Source of the DNA: Octopus vulgaris
Lineage: Eukaryota
Direction of reading: 5' to 3'
Assembly (NCBI GenBank): GCA_951406725.2
Contig: OX597817.1
Span: 14,074,001-14,138,000 of the forward strand
DNA: 64,000 nucleotides
The position numbers and the translations under genes are program-made. The notes below the pieces were generated by a model. That model ran no database searches, was not told the DNA's origin, and was given only the letters and a program-made list of their open reading frames with translations. Shown one piece after another: positions 15,943 through 31,278 of this stretch (position 1 is the stretch's first letter; each line of letters begins with the position of its first letter).

Positions 15943-16812
15943 TTAAAGTACCAGTCAAGTACTGAGGTCGATGTAATCGACTCCCACCTTTCCTCAAAAG
16001 CTGCTAGCCCTCTGCCAAAATTTCAAACAATCATCAATATTATTTTTTTTATTATTTATCATCAACATCGTCGTCGTCATCATGATCATCATCATTATCA
16101 TAATTATTATTGCTGATGTTTTTATCGTTGTTGTTGCTGTTACTACTGCTATTGTTAGTGTTTCTGATGTTGATAACGATAGTATTTTTTGTTGATATTT
16201 ATATTTATATCTATATATGCGTGTTTGTTGTGTGTGAATGTGTGTTGTTATATAGATGTTTGTCGTGTTATATATTTTGATTTATTTCCGTTTTATTGAT
16301 TGTTAGCGATGCCCCGTGAAGCTTTTGTCGAAATAATCCTTAATACGCGGTCGTCTGCAACAACAAACTCATACATACACACATACATACGTACATAGAT
16401 ACATACATACGTACATACATACATGCATTCATACATGTATATATGTAAATATGTGTGTGTAAGAGAGAGAGTGTGTGTGTGTATGTATTTATCAAACAAA
16501 AAGAAAAAATAGAAATGGAAAACGAAAGCATACAAAGGTCATGTGACTTGCTTGGTAATGTTTGCTCTACTATCCATTCGTCTACACCCTAACAGCTACT
16601 CACAACAAAGTGGATTCGCATTAATGGGTAGGGAACTGATTGCATCTGTCTTTTCCGTGTTCTTCCAATTGAAATAGTGGAAGCAATCAGTGGGGAGTGC
16701 AGAAGAAAAAAGACGACACTCATTTAATTACTACTGCAACGCTTTTCGCCGTAGCAATCAACTCGTCTGCTCTTTTTTTCAACACTCCTTATTATTTTTA
16801 TTATTTGGATTT

Positions 16813-16864
<52 letters not shown>

Positions 16865-17597
16865 TCGTGTCCTTTGGTCGGATTATCAAAGTTGGCCATG
16901 CTACGTCGCTCATAGATCTTTTTTTTCTTTCTTATCATTTTAATTTCATTTTTTTTTTATCATGTATGTATCCGCACGTACGCATGCACACACACATTAT
17001 ATATATATATACACACGTACACGCATACACATATATGTATATATGTATGTATAAGCATATATATGTGTGTGTGTGTGTATGTATGTATAGATAGAGAGAG
17101 AGAGAGAGAGAAATAGATAGATAGATAGATACATACATACATACATACATACATACATACATACATACATAGAGAGATAGAGAGATAGATAGAATGAGTG
17201 AGAGAGTGAGAGATGTTCGTATGTACATCCATCACCTCCAAAATGATCAATTGCAACCACTTTTATGGTTTATTCCCGGATTATTTTTTCACTTTTTTAA
17301 AACACCCCCCCCCACCACCACCACCACCACCACCACAAAAAAATGTAGATTTTAGACAGAAAATGTGAGACTTTGAATAAGTAAATAAAGAAATTATAGA
17401 GAATGAAATGATCTACTTTAGGTTAAATAATGTTAAACAACGTTAAGTATATTTTGGTTTTTGTATCTAGTTTGCATGATATTTTATGTGAATTCTTGTA
17501 CTGAAACAAATTTTATTGTGTCTAGGCAAAGTCATTATACCAATATTTTTAATACTCGTACTGGTTTAATACCGCTCCATTATTATTAGTTAATTTA

Positions 17598-18145
17598 AGG
17601 CAGCCAGCTGGTAGAAATGTTAGAACGGCGGGCAAAATGCTTGAGGTCGACTTTGCCTTTCATCCTTTCGGGGTCGATTAAATAACTTCCAGTTACGCAC
17701 TGGGGGTCGATATAATCGACTTAATGCGTTTGTCTGTCCTTGTTTGTCATTTCTGTGTTTAGCCCCTTGTGGGTAGTAAAGAAATAGGTATTTCTTTTGT
17801 AGCTACATTCTGAGTTCAAATTCCGCCGAGGTCGACTTTGCCTTTCATCCTTTCGGGGTCGATTAAATAACTTCCAGTTACGCACTGGGGGTCGATATAA
17901 TCGACTTAATCCGTTTGTCTGTCCTTGTTTGTCCCTTCCGTGTTTAGCCCCTTGTGAGTAGTAAAGAAATAGGTATTTCTTCCGTCTTTACGTTCTGAGT
18001 TCAAATTCCGCCGAGGTCGACTTTGCCTTTCATCCTTTCGGGGTCGATAAATTAAGTGCCAGTTGCGTACTGGGGTCGATCTAATCGACTGCCCTCTCCC
18101 ACCAAAATTTCGGGCCTTGTGTCTCGAGTAGAAAAGATTATTATT
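17598..18145 (+). mobile_element. SINE family B trimer
   Basis: One head, three bodies joined at aataggtattt; the last unit has the second tail type. Confidence 0.88.
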
Positions 18146-18666
18146 AGTTAATTTGTTAAATATCCTACCAACTCATCGATTATTTGGATATTTAACCTAT
18201 TGAATAATAATAAAGGAGTGGAATTGAACCAGTGCGTGTGTTAATAATATTGCCATAATGACCCTCCCTTGACACTACAAACTGTTAAGTATAATTTTAA
18301 TGTTGAAAATTATTCTGACTTATAATACATGTATCTATTCCCTTCCGTTTTTTCTATGTATTTTAAATTATCGAGCATCATAATAGAATTGGAAATTTTC
18401 TGGTACTACTAACAGAAGATGTCGTTTCATTTATGTTACTCATACCACCGAGAAAGGTGTTAGTCCACGCAATTTCTATTTAAAATGCCTGTAATTTACG
18501 GGCTTTATGCTAAGCCAAAGGTATGTTGGATTGCTTTTCATTTGATATCACAATAGTAATTGCGATATTTTATTAAGTGGTAGGGGAACCATGAAATACT
18601 AAAACTTCACATAACGAGTATATCTAAGAATAAGTTAACGTGGCAGAGAAACTTTGATAACAAACA

Positions 18667-18790
18667 TCACTCACAAGGCTTTGGTTGGTCCGAGGCAATA
18701 ATGGAATGCACTTGCCCAAGGTACCACGTTGTGGTACTCAATTCAGAACCATCTGGTTGGAAAACAAGTTTCTTACCACACAGTCACGCT
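18667..18790 (-). mobile_element. SINE family A head fragment, diverged
   Basis: cactcacaaggctttgg...cacttgcccaagg...cttaccacacag. Confidence 0.7.
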
Positions 18791-18911
18791 TATATTCTTG
18801 CCACGAAACTCGTATTGTTTGTGAATTGTTGTTATAAAGCAGAGTAAGAGCAATAACATCGCCGCCATGAAGAGAGGCTTCGAAAACCTTCCGTTGCATT
18901 TATCTTTTATG

Positions 18912-19541
18912 TTTTACTTGTTTCAGTCTGTAGACTGCGGCCATGCTGGGACACCGCCTTCAAATTAATCCCGAACTTATATTATAAAGCCCGGTGTTTA
19001 TTCCATCGGTCTCTTCTCCCGAACCACTATGTTACGGGGACATAAACAAATCAACACCGGTTGTCAAGTGATGGTGCAGGCGAGCTGGCAGAAACGTTAG
19101 CACGCCGGGCGAAATGCGTAGCCATATTTCGTCTGTCGTTACGTTGTGAGTTCAAATTCCGCCAAGGTCGGCTTTGCCTTTCATCCTTTCGGGGTCGATA
19201 AATTAAGTACCAGTTACGCACTGTGGTCGATGTAATCGAATTAATACCTATGTCTGTCCTTGTTTGTTCCCTCTATGTTTAGCCCCTTGTGGGTAATAAA
19301 GAAATAGGTGCAGGAGAAACACAAAGACACACATACACACACGCAAGCACACACGCACGCACACATGCGCACGCGCACGCACATGTTTATTGTGATGGGC
19401 GTCTTTCAGTTTCCGTCTACAAACTCCAATCAAAGGTTTTGGCCAGTCCGACGTCATAGTTGAAGACATTTGTCCAAAGCGCCATGCAATGGGAAGGAAG
19501 TCGGAACTTTGTGCCTGGGGAGTAAACTTCTTACCACGCAG
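18912..19541 (-). mobile_element. Diverged SINE family A split by a nested family B copy
   Basis: Tail at 18912-19072, head at 19315-19541. Confidence 0.75.
19081..19306 (+). mobile_element. SINE family B nested in SINE A
   Basis: TSD ggtgcagg at 19073-19080 and 19307-19314. Confidence 0.88.
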
Positions 19542-20093
19542 TTTCAAATTTTGGCAGAAAGCCAGAAATTTTATGAAAGGTGGATAGTGGATTACATCAA
19601 CCCTGTGCTCAACTGGTACTCATTGTTATCGACCTCAAAAGGATAAAAAGGCAAAGTCGACCAAGGTAGAGTTTGAACTCAGAACGTAAAGAGCCGAAAA
19701 GAAATACCTCTGAGCATTTTATCAAATGAATCTGCTGGAACTTCCATAAAAATGAGTTTATTTGTTAATCGTGATTCATTCATGTGCAGAGTCAACGAAA
19801 CTCTAAAGTACTGCAAAAATTTTCTGGAACGCGGACAAATCATTACTATGATATCATTGAAATCCGTCCGTCTGTAACATAACGTCCGGTTTAATTCACA
19901 AAAACCGCTCTCACACTCTCACCCCTCTGTATGTATGTAAATGTGAATGTATGCACATAGACACACACATACATTTCTCAGCACTATCATTACATACATT
20001 GGAATAAAAATATGAATCGTTATTCTGTCCGCCTCTTTCTCTCTCTTTGTATATATCTCTCTTTATCTCTCTTTGTATCTCTCTGTCTGTCCC

Positions 20094-20128
<35 letters not shown>

Positions 20129-20422
20129 TTCACTCTCTCTTTTTCTGAATATATAATGACATTTGCATACACGTACACACAAGTATATATACGAACATGA
20201 AAACAGAATTATTTGACTACGAGCTGTCTTCATATGTGTGTGTACACAAACAGATTTCGCAACAGAATATTTAAAGATATTTAGCTAACTTACGATGCAA
20301 TAATTGAAAACAAGAAATTTTTTTGATGTTAAAAACATTGGTTTCATAATTTACCTAAATGTTTTTAAACGATCGTGTTAAGAAAATTTATGTGTTTACC
20401 TGTGTACATACATTCATATTTT

Positions 20423-20793
20423 TGGAAGCACTCCGTCGGTTACGACGATGAGGGTTCCGGTTGATCCGAATCAACGGAACAGCCTGCTCGTGAAATTAAC
20501 GTGTAAGTGGCTGAGCACTCCACAGACACGTGCACCCTTAACGTAGTTCTTGGGGATATTCAGCGTGACACAGAGAGTGACAAAGGCCGGCCCTTTGAAA
20601 TACAGGTACAACAGATACAGGAAGTAAGAGTGAGAGAAAGTTGTGGTGAAAGAGTACAGCAGGGATCACCACCATCCCCTGCCGGAGCCTCGTGGAGCTT
20701 TTAGGTGTTTTCGCTCAATAAACACTCACAACGCCCGGTCTGGAAATCGAAACCGCCAGTTCGCTGCCCTAACCACTGAGCCATTGCGCCTCC
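20423..20793 (-). mobile_element. SINE family C
   Basis: Family match; TSD acatacattcatat (20406-20419 / 20794-20807). Confidence 0.92.
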
Positions 20794-23300
20794 ACATACA
20801 TTCATATATATTGTGAGACAAAGAGACAAATGTTATTGTTGTCATATTATCACAAATGTATCTGTGTGCAGGTGTATATGCGTGTGTCATTATATAGAGA
20901 GGATCAAATAGAGAGAGTGAGAGAGAGAGAGAGAGAAAACAGACAAAGAATAGTGATTCATATATTATCTCCAATGCTGTAATAAGCTACATCTTTTAAA
21001 TGATATATCTGCCTATCATTGTTTTTACCTCGAGATCTCACTGAAAACATAAGTGACCTAGACAATTGCACACGCTCTGTCCGCTTCGGTTTCCTCCATT
21101 CAATCATTGCAGAAATATAGTTGCATGATTATTTTCTTACTGTCTTTTTTTTATATTCTTTAACTACTTCACAAATTTATATCAGAAGATGGCAGTGTGT
21201 TCTGTGAAAGATGATGAAGTTACAAGCCAATATGTATTTTGATCGATTAAATGTTTCTTTTATTTCAATACTGTTTTACTTTATTATACTTAACTCTTCC
21301 TTGCATATGTGATATGGCTATATTTCGATAAAGTAACGTATGTTTCAGACATAAAACAACGTGGCATAAAAGGAACGCAGGTGGAGATGTTTTACAAATA
21401 TAATAAGGCCTGCTACCAAATTTTAAATTACATAGAATAATTACACATAATAACTGAGTATGTCAAACGCAAATATAACTATAAAAAAAAAAGAATGAAT
21501 GAATACAATTTAATGAGAATGAGGTAACCCGCCCATATACAGGTGAGAAAACTCCACCTGGGTCAAATCAAGGCTCCCAACTTTTCTGATCGTCTCACCT
21601 TATCTCGCCTACATATCTCGCCTACATATCTCGCCAATAGATCATATTCTTACTCATAACAAATTATTCTTACGTCCTAAAACAACAACAAAAAAATGGA
21701 TGGTTGCTGCTGGAATGCGTCTTGTCGAATACTTACTCAAGCAGAGGTTAGCAACAACGAAGATTGCATTTTGAGACAAAGTCTTCTCTGAAATTTCGAT
21801 GAAAGAGTTGGTTAAAAATAGGCACCAGCGTCTAAACTTCAATACTGGGGACCGGGGACCATAATAATCACAGGATTATAACTTAAATTTAGTATTACAA
21901 ACTAATGAAGCAATCGATAAGTATTCAGTATTCCAGCTGACAACAGCAACAACCTATATCTAGCCTCACTTAGAGTTTATTCAACTGAACTTTTGATCGT
22001 TCATTCCAGATATCAACACCTTATCTCGATTCAGACAACTTTTTCTTACCGAGATAGCGTAATTTTGTAAATTGTTCGTCTACCATAAATGAACGCAAGA
22101 AACAACCGATTTGGAGGCGAATCTACCACAAGAAGAAAAGAAAAACAACCAAAAAACAGAAATCTTTTCTCCTAAATTCAATGAGACGGAATAATAAATT
22201 ATAGCAGGAGATTAGTTGTTTTAATATCGCAGCAGACATCTTTAAAGCATCATAGCACTAAGTAAATATTTAGTGCAGCCATGTGTGAAGCGAGCCAATA
22301 TCGCTGACAGACAAAGAAAGTTTGTCTATAGCACGGAGTTGAAAGCAAACAAAAACATACGAGTGAAGAATTTTACCTCAGGCGCCAATTAAATGTATAC
22401 AATATCCAACTGTTCGCTTCCGACCTAATTCTTAAAGTAATATTTACAGTGAAAATGTGACAGTTTCCAGTGAGATAGTTCGGAATCAAACAGAATTTAC
22501 CAGATCATTTATGAAAAAAAAAAAAAAAAAGAAACCCCCAAAAAAAACAAATCAAAAAAGTAATTGTTTATTTCTTCAAAATTACAAACTAACGTGTTTT
22601 TCTATCAACCAAAAACACGCTAATTAACTATAATCAACATGGCTTTCAAATAAAGAATTAACAGTAATGATTTTTCTTTTTTCTTTTTAAAATTATTTTT
22701 TCTTTCTTTATTTATTATTGAAAAACAAACTAATTTTCTCTTTCAATAGCCACGTTGAGCAAAAGTTAAGCTGTCAGGTAAACGTGACCACGCCGGAGTT
22801 TCAGTCTTTGGTTAAAGTTATTTCTCTTTGCTTACGTTGCAAAATGCCTTTCGAAAATATCGCATCTCACTCTTCACTTCAAAATATACAAAACTTGTGC
22901 CTAGTAGAAAGAAATCAATTTTGCTATTAAATGATTGACTTCTTTCTCTGACAGGCGATTAGATATTTACTGAAGTGAAATACGATCGTGAGCTGTTAAT
23001 ATTTTTCCCAAATGTATTCACAGCGTAAGTGATTTGTAATGTCTACAGCCGGGAAAAGAAATACACGCACCCACAAACACAAACAAACACACACACGCAC
23101 GCGAGCACACACACATACACACTTGCATTTTCACAATACATATGTGCACAAATACTCATACGCACATATTTTTATATATTTTCGTATAAATACATAAATA
23201 TATATACATGCATACGCAAACACTCACTAACACACACACTTCTATATTTATGTACGCATACATATACTTTTATATGTGTATATATGTGTATGTATATATG

Positions 23301-23339
<39 letters not shown>

Positions 23340-23415
23340 TACGAATGTATGTATGTATGTATGTATGTATGTATGTATGTATGTATGTATGTATGTATAT
23401 ATGTATGTATGTATG

Positions 23416-23449
<34 letters not shown>

Positions 23450-23559
23450 TGTATGTATGTATTTTCTTCTTTATTTTTAATTGCTGGAAACTTTCCTGTA
23501 AATAAGGAGTTGGTTTCTAAGAAATATACAAAGTTCCATTGTTGGAATGTTAATAAAAA

Positions 23560-23790
23560 ATATCGCAGTTTAAACTTGAGAAAAACCTTGAGCATTTTTA
23601 CTGTGTTAAACGTGCTAGCTGGTTTATCACTTTTCCTGGAAACCCAGCTTTTCAGACTGCCACTTAGGCATTTACAAACAAAATCGAGTGCACCAATTAT
23701 CAATGGTATAAATGTATATTTATAATCTGGGTACAGAATACGAAGGTTCCGATGCAACTGTCCGTAGTTAGCGTCTTTCGAAGAGCTGTC
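23560..23790 (-). pseudogene. RLE non-LTR retrotransposon C-terminal fragment
   Basis: LRILYPDYKYTFIPLIIGAL...TVKMLKVFLKF parallels the PVIVGALG region of the 9293 ORF. Confidence 0.55.
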
Positions 23791-23939
23791 CAGATCTTCA
23801 GGACAGCCGACTTCTACGACGATACATACATTTTCGTGCCTGTTCCAAACAATTATATGATGATGTCATCTCCGTTCGTTCAACGTTTATCGGGTGATGA
23901 GAGGTCTCCAGGCGGAACCATTCGGGGTTAAACTGCACC

Positions 23940-24340
23940 CATCTCCCCAGGTGTGACCCTTCTGGGTCAAGTCTTCTTGCACAGTTTTTTGTCACATCTT
24001 CACCAGTCTGTCTCTCTCTCCCCTTCCTGTTTCAACCGTCCCACCCGACGGTTGTCCTTGCTGATCTTTCTGTAATACATGGCTAAGTAGTTTCCTTCGT
24101 CTGCTCCTCTCGTGATTTCATCGTTTGTGATGTCACATCAGGTGATTTTTCGTGATATTTCTTAGGCACTAGCGAGGGAAAACATTCATCATATTGCAAA
24201 ACCTGTCCGCCCGCCTGACTCCATGTTTCGCTTGCATACAATACCAAAGAAATGACAAAAACTGTGTACAGACGAAGTTTAATGCCTTGGTGAATGGAAA
24301 AGCACGACCATATCGCTGGAAAACCCATTCACAATGCAGA
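23940..24340 (-). pseudogene. RTE-clade LINE fragment
   Basis: KLRLYTVFVISLVLYASETW motif. Confidence 0.65.
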
Positions 24341-24439
24341 GCGCAAATATCAGAGATGAAGAATAAATATATATATATATATATTTTAGCAATAAGAAAG
24401 GAGTTTAAGCGTGGATTATAGAAATAAATATTTTACAAA

Positions 24440-24597
24440 TGGCCAAATGGTTAAGAAACGCGCTATGCATTCACGTGATTTTGGGTTCAGTCCTACGGCA
24501 CGGCACCTTCGACAAGTCTCTTCTACTATAGCCCCAGGCTGACCAATGCTTTGTGAAGCGAATTTTGTTGATGGAAACTGAGTAGAAGTCCATCGTG
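24440..24597 (+). mobile_element. SINE family A head, old diverged copy
   Basis: gggttcagtcc...caagtctcttctactatagcccc...gatggaaactg. Confidence 0.65.
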
Positions 24598-25152
24598 CGT
24601 ATATATATGTATGTGATTTTGTATTCACATTTGGAAACATAGACAGGTTCTATATAATAAGATATAATACGTGTGTGTTATATATTTGCTTTTTCCTCGA
24701 CATGATTCATGTTTCAGATTGACAAAGTCTTATATGTATATAGCCGCTACTCTTTACATCGGATTGGTACCACGTGAAAACTGGAAGTATGAACTAAAAG
24801 TGAATGCACATTATGTAAATTAGTCTAGCCACTTCGACCTGCTTCTGATTGTGTCTGATTTAAATATCGATTACTACCAAGTGCCATTCCTAAGCACAGT
24901 AGTAAAACTATATCAAGCGCCAACGAATGACTAACAAATTATAAAATTCTCCTTATTTTTCTTTGGGAGGAGAAACTCACAAGTTACATTTTATATTTAT
25001 TTACTTTCCACAACTTAGATGTTATAAACTATGGGCTAACTACATAAAAATTTATCTATTTTCCCAAAAGTGTTGATTGCGCAAAATACAACCTACACAC
25101 ACACACACTTACTATACACACATGTATATGCAATATATAATACATATAATAG

Positions 25153-25234
<82 letters not shown>

Positions 25235-25428
25235 TTAAGGCCACCCTTCAATAAAGTTACATTTTTATTCCAATGTTGCTCGAAAGGTGAATTAGATGAG
25301 TGTCCAAGAGTAACCAAAACTAATGATTCTCTTGTATACATGAATATGTACACATGCACACACTCGTACATGTATGTACGTGTTGCAATGGGATTAGAAT
25401 AAAATAAATAAATTAATAAACAACATAT

Positions 25429-25488
<60 letters not shown>

Positions 25489-25788
25489 AGATGTATATAT
25501 ACATATGAGTGCGTGTGTGAGTATGTGATGTATAATTTATATATTTATTTTAATGCCATTACCAGAAGTGTAATGATGTTAGATGCTTTTAGACTCCCAT
25601 GCTTAACGTTTGATTTTGAGAATCGTTAAATATTTAAGATGATCTAGCGTTTTCAATTTGATCATGTTGCACAGATTGGCGTTCGGTGCTTTGAGAGATC
25701 AAAGTGGAATGTTTTAGTTGATGGAATATTTTGCCCTGGGAAATAAAGTTACATCTTTGAATTTTTTTGTTTTGTTTTGTTTCCCCAC

Positions 25789-25839
<51 letters not shown>

Positions 25840-25957
25840 TAAAAAAGAGCATATGTATATATCCTTCACTCTGTCAGTCTGTCGGTTTGTTGTTCTGCTA
25901 GTATGTATGAACTTGGGTATTTATTTTTAGTGAGCATGTATGTGCATGAATTTGTAC

Positions 25958-26074
<117 letters not shown>

Positions 26075-26499
26075 TATTTATTTATACATATAGATGAATC
26101 TACACACACATACGCATATATATGTATATATATTAAATATATATATATCTTATGTGTATATATATATATATACATGCATATATATACATGCATACAAACA
26201 TACATGCATACATGCATGCATACATGCATGCATACATACATACATACATACATACATACATACATACATACATTCGTACCTACGTACGTTCGTAAGTACG
26301 TACGTACTACGTGCCTACATACGCACGTACGTACGGATGTATATATGTAAGTATGCATTTGTCTGTGTATGTATGTATGTATCGATGGATGGATGATGAT
26401 TATGTATGAATACATGTGCAGCGTGGAGTAAGTTTTGAATCTTGACAAACTCTAAAATTTAAAATAATTCATTTAACATTATGTGGCAAGATTTATCAA

Positions 26500-27632
<1,133 letters not shown>

Positions 27633-28379
27633 TTAACAATCCAGATTTAAAGGTAAAACATTCAGAAGATTTATGTTGCTTCCTATTTTTTTTTTATTTG
27701 AGGAATGAAGTAAACCTATAATTTAAATATATATTTATTTCTGTTTTTAAGAAAATTCGAAATTTATTGAGCGGATTAAATGTTAAGCGAATGTTTTTTG
27801 GTTTAAAGTTAAGAATTATTTGAAAAAAGTTTGACTCACTGGTTACGACATTATTACTCTTTGCAAGAACTCCAACTAGTACTCTTACCAATATCTTTCT
27901 TTCTTTCTGTCTCTGTGTCTGTTTGTCTGTCAATCTGTCTTCCCTTTTCTCTCTCTCTTTCTTTCTTCCACTCTCTTTCTCTCTCCCTCTCTCTCACTCT
28001 CTTTCTTTGTCTCTCCTCAACAATATCTTTCACTCTTTTGTCATTCTTTCCTAGTGCTGCAAACTTCGATAACTCCCTCCATGCCTGTGCTTCTACTGAA
28101 GACGTACGTCAACCTATTGAAGGTCAGCAGCTTATCCCCAGATGCATCAATCAATCCAGTGTAGGAAGATTTGCAATTCTCATCAGCGCCGTGCGTCCTC
28201 ACCTGTTGAATAAAGCAAAAGCAACTTAGAGAAACATGAGTGTTTCATGTCAGTCAATGGACTATCTGATGAGCTTGATAACCGCTTAGCAGCGGTGAAT
28301 ATCCAATACTTCCAAACAGATTATGCCCTTTTTGCTCTTTCTTAAAGTTTCGCCCACCACTCTAAAGATTCTGTTTACC

Positions 28380-29070
28380 AAGGGAAGCAAGCAGAGGTTT
28401 ATAAAATACAGAAAACGCAATCAGTGTTGCGATACTGATTTTGAAAACCAATTTTGTGCATATAGAAGAAAGAATATCACCTCTGGTCAAAAATATCGAA
28501 TTAGTCACCGTAAGAATGTCAAAATTCAAGAATAGAAAGAACAACAAGGCAAATAGTTACAAAAATGTATAAACTACATGACCGTTTCATGCAAGAAACC
28601 GAGGGTGTTGGGAAGCGAAGACATTGCCGTGACTGAGAGATGGGAATCTGAAACGGGAAACAAACTCACTAAGAAACAAACTATTTGACGAACTTTATAA
28701 CAACGAAGATCGATAGAGCAAAACAATTGATAAGCCAGTAAATACAAAACGCATGGAAAAGGGGACGAAGTTATTGACCGTCTTTTAGCGAGTGCTGTAA
28801 GCTAGCACAAAGAGAGTATAATCAGGCATATGATAGAGAAAATATCAAGCAAAAGAAAAAAATTAAATCATATTGGGACCTAGCCAGAGAGCTGAAGAGA
28901 TTCTAGAACACATTGGCGTAAAATGATTCTCTGGTAATTGTCGCACTAGGTAAAACGGCCAAACTGCTACTTAAGCATATAAAGGATACTGGAACTGAAA
29001 TGAAACATCCAGTAGAAAAATAGCAGCTTGTATTCTACAAGAATCTTAACAAAGGTTCTTAGGATTTGAG
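28380..29070 (+). pseudogene. Heavily decayed R4/Dong-type RLE element
   Basis: Frameshifted remnants LRDGNLKRE, CKLAQREY, VIVALG, RILTKVL colinear with the 9293 ORF. Confidence 0.55.
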
Positions 29071-29789
29071 GAAACTTGTCACCAAACTGTCGTTGCTCCC
29101 TCTGTCTATCCTCAGCTTTTCCAGTTCTTCTCGACAGAAAGCTCTCAAGCGGCTCTTACTTCCTCACATATAACAACCACGTTTTCTGGCTTCTATAAGA
29201 AATTTTATTGCTTTTCTCTCTGCTCCCAATGGCATATAACCTTGGAAGATCTTGTGGTCTTCGAATCTTATCAGAAAGGACCTTACTGAATGTATTCACA
29301 GGCATAGCATTTCTTGTTATCTCTTTTGTTCACTACTTACCTTACTGTGCTACAAACGTGACATTGAGCCAAAGGTCAAAGTCACTAGCAGTTTCCTTAG
29401 CTGTGACCCTTGTATTTCTCTACACCATATTACTGAGGCACCAATCTGATGTAGGTATATGGTGCACCAACTTCACCTGCCACCTCACCACATTATTTTG
29501 AAGATCAGGCACACACTCCCATGTCTCTTGCCTCCGTCGCTGGAAATCACCCCGTCCAACCTATCAGCGATGGCTTTTTCTTATTAAATTGTTTCTGTTT
29601 TTGTTGGCTTATGAAAGTTTTGGGCAAAACAAAGTTTAGTTACTTTCTTTCTCGTCGATTTATGAATGTATTCTTCCTGCAAGAAAGTATTGCCCCTCGC
29701 CACATATGTCCCGCATTTTATATTTTCGTGAGCGTCGTCCTATATACCGAGCAATACTTTTCAGTTGACTATAACGATAAACGTCACTC

Positions 29790-30032
29790 ATTTCAAGCCT
29801 AGTCAGGCTCATGGGCGCGGTTTCCCGGTTTCTGTGGCATATGTGTTCCACCTACCTGGACGGGACGCCAGTCCATCGCAGCGTTACTCATTTTTGCCAG
29901 CTGAGTGTACTGGAGCAACGTGAAATGGAGTGTTTTGCTCAAGAACACAACACGTCGTCCGGTCCAGGAATCGAAACCACAATCTTACGATCATGGTGCT
30001 AATACCCTAACCACTAAGCCACGTGTCCCCAC
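29790..30032 (-). mobile_element. tRNA-derived SINE family D
   Basis: Reverse complement of gtggcttagtggttaggg...ggtttcgattcctggacc...ctgcgatggactggcgtcccgtccagg. Confidence 0.85.
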
Positions 30033-30058
30033 TTCGGCTGACTATGCTAACTATTAAA

Positions 30059-30289
30059 GGCGGCGAGCTGGCAGAACCGTTAGCACACCGGGCGAAATGC
30101 GTAGCCGTATTTCGTCTGCCGTTACGTTCTGAGTTCAAATTCCGCCGAGGTCGACTTTGCCTTTCATCCTTTCGAGGTCGATTAAATAAGTTCCAGTTAC
30201 GCAGTGGGGTCGATGTAATCGACTTAATCCGTTTGTCTGTCCTTGTTTTTCCCCTCTATGTTTAGCCCCTTGTGGGTAATAAAGAAACA
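30059..30289 (+). mobile_element. SINE family B monomer
   Basis: TSD tatgctaactatta (30043-30056 / 30290-30303). Confidence 0.9.
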
Positions 30290-30419
30290 TATGCTAACTA
30301 TTATTAAAATTTTGATTTGTGTGTGCCAAGACAAGAATGCTTGTTGTTGCTGTAGTTGTTGTTGTTGTCATTATTATTCTTTCATTTGCACTCTGATGAT
30401 TTTGTTAACAATGGACCGT

Positions 30420-30572
30420 ATAATTGACTCCCCATCAAGTTGCGTAATTCAGAGATATAGTACTTTTCGTAGGATATTTGCTGCTCCTAAATGTGTTGTC
30501 TTTTGCAGTGTCGTAATACTCGGACAGATTCTAATTGCGTCAAGGTGTTTCTGAAGGCTTTTCGTGATCATG
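30420..30572 (-). pseudogene. 3' end of an R4/Dong-type element
   Basis: MITKSLQKHLDAIRICPSITTLQKTTHLGAANILRKVLYL*. Confidence 0.6.
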
Positions 30573-30598
30573 TGTGTACCTTATGTTTTTATCCGTGC

Positions 30599-30780
30599 AT
30601 ATTCTGTTGTGTCTGGGGAGAGTCATTTTTCTTTGTGCTTTAGAATTTAACACACTCACCGGTAAAATTTCCACTTATTCCTTTTTATTTTGATAAGGAA
30701 TAAGTGGAAATTTTACCAGTGATTGTGTATAATTATAAGGTACAAAAATAAAATGACTCTCCCCAGACACAACAGAATAT
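30599..30780. repeat. ~180-bp imperfect palindrome (fold-back element)
   Basis: atattctgttgtgtctggggagagtcatttt...ggtaaaatttccacttattcctt / aaggaataagtggaaattttacc...aaaatgactctccccagacacaacagaatat. Confidence 0.9.
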
Positions 30781-30814
30781 ATAAATATACATATATATAT
30801 ATATATGTATATAA

Positions 30815-30849
<35 letters not shown>

Positions 30850-31278
30850 TGTATGTATCGAATTGCAACAATCAATTCTCTAAGTGGTAGGTAAAGTTGC
30901 ATAGATATGTGGAATTAAGAGTGAGATAACGTTTTATTTATCAATAAAAACAGCCATCTACATTCGGTGATTTGTGATACTGTAATGTTTTTACGTACAG
31001 TATCTAGGGGCCCGAACTGGCTATCCATCTCAGTATATCTGGGAGTATACTGCCTAATGTGTCTTCATTTTAAGAGATAGACTGTGATTTGATGGTGATA
31101 TTGGTACGATTCCCAACCTGCCCTGACAGAGATAAAATAAATAACAGACATGTACAACATCAATTTATTTCTTTAACCAGACATATATTTTGGCAAGGTG
31201 TCAAAATAAGAAAATAAAGTTAACGATTATTCTGTGGTTGTCACTGCATAGTAACAGGTAAATTCTCTGTGAGTCAAA

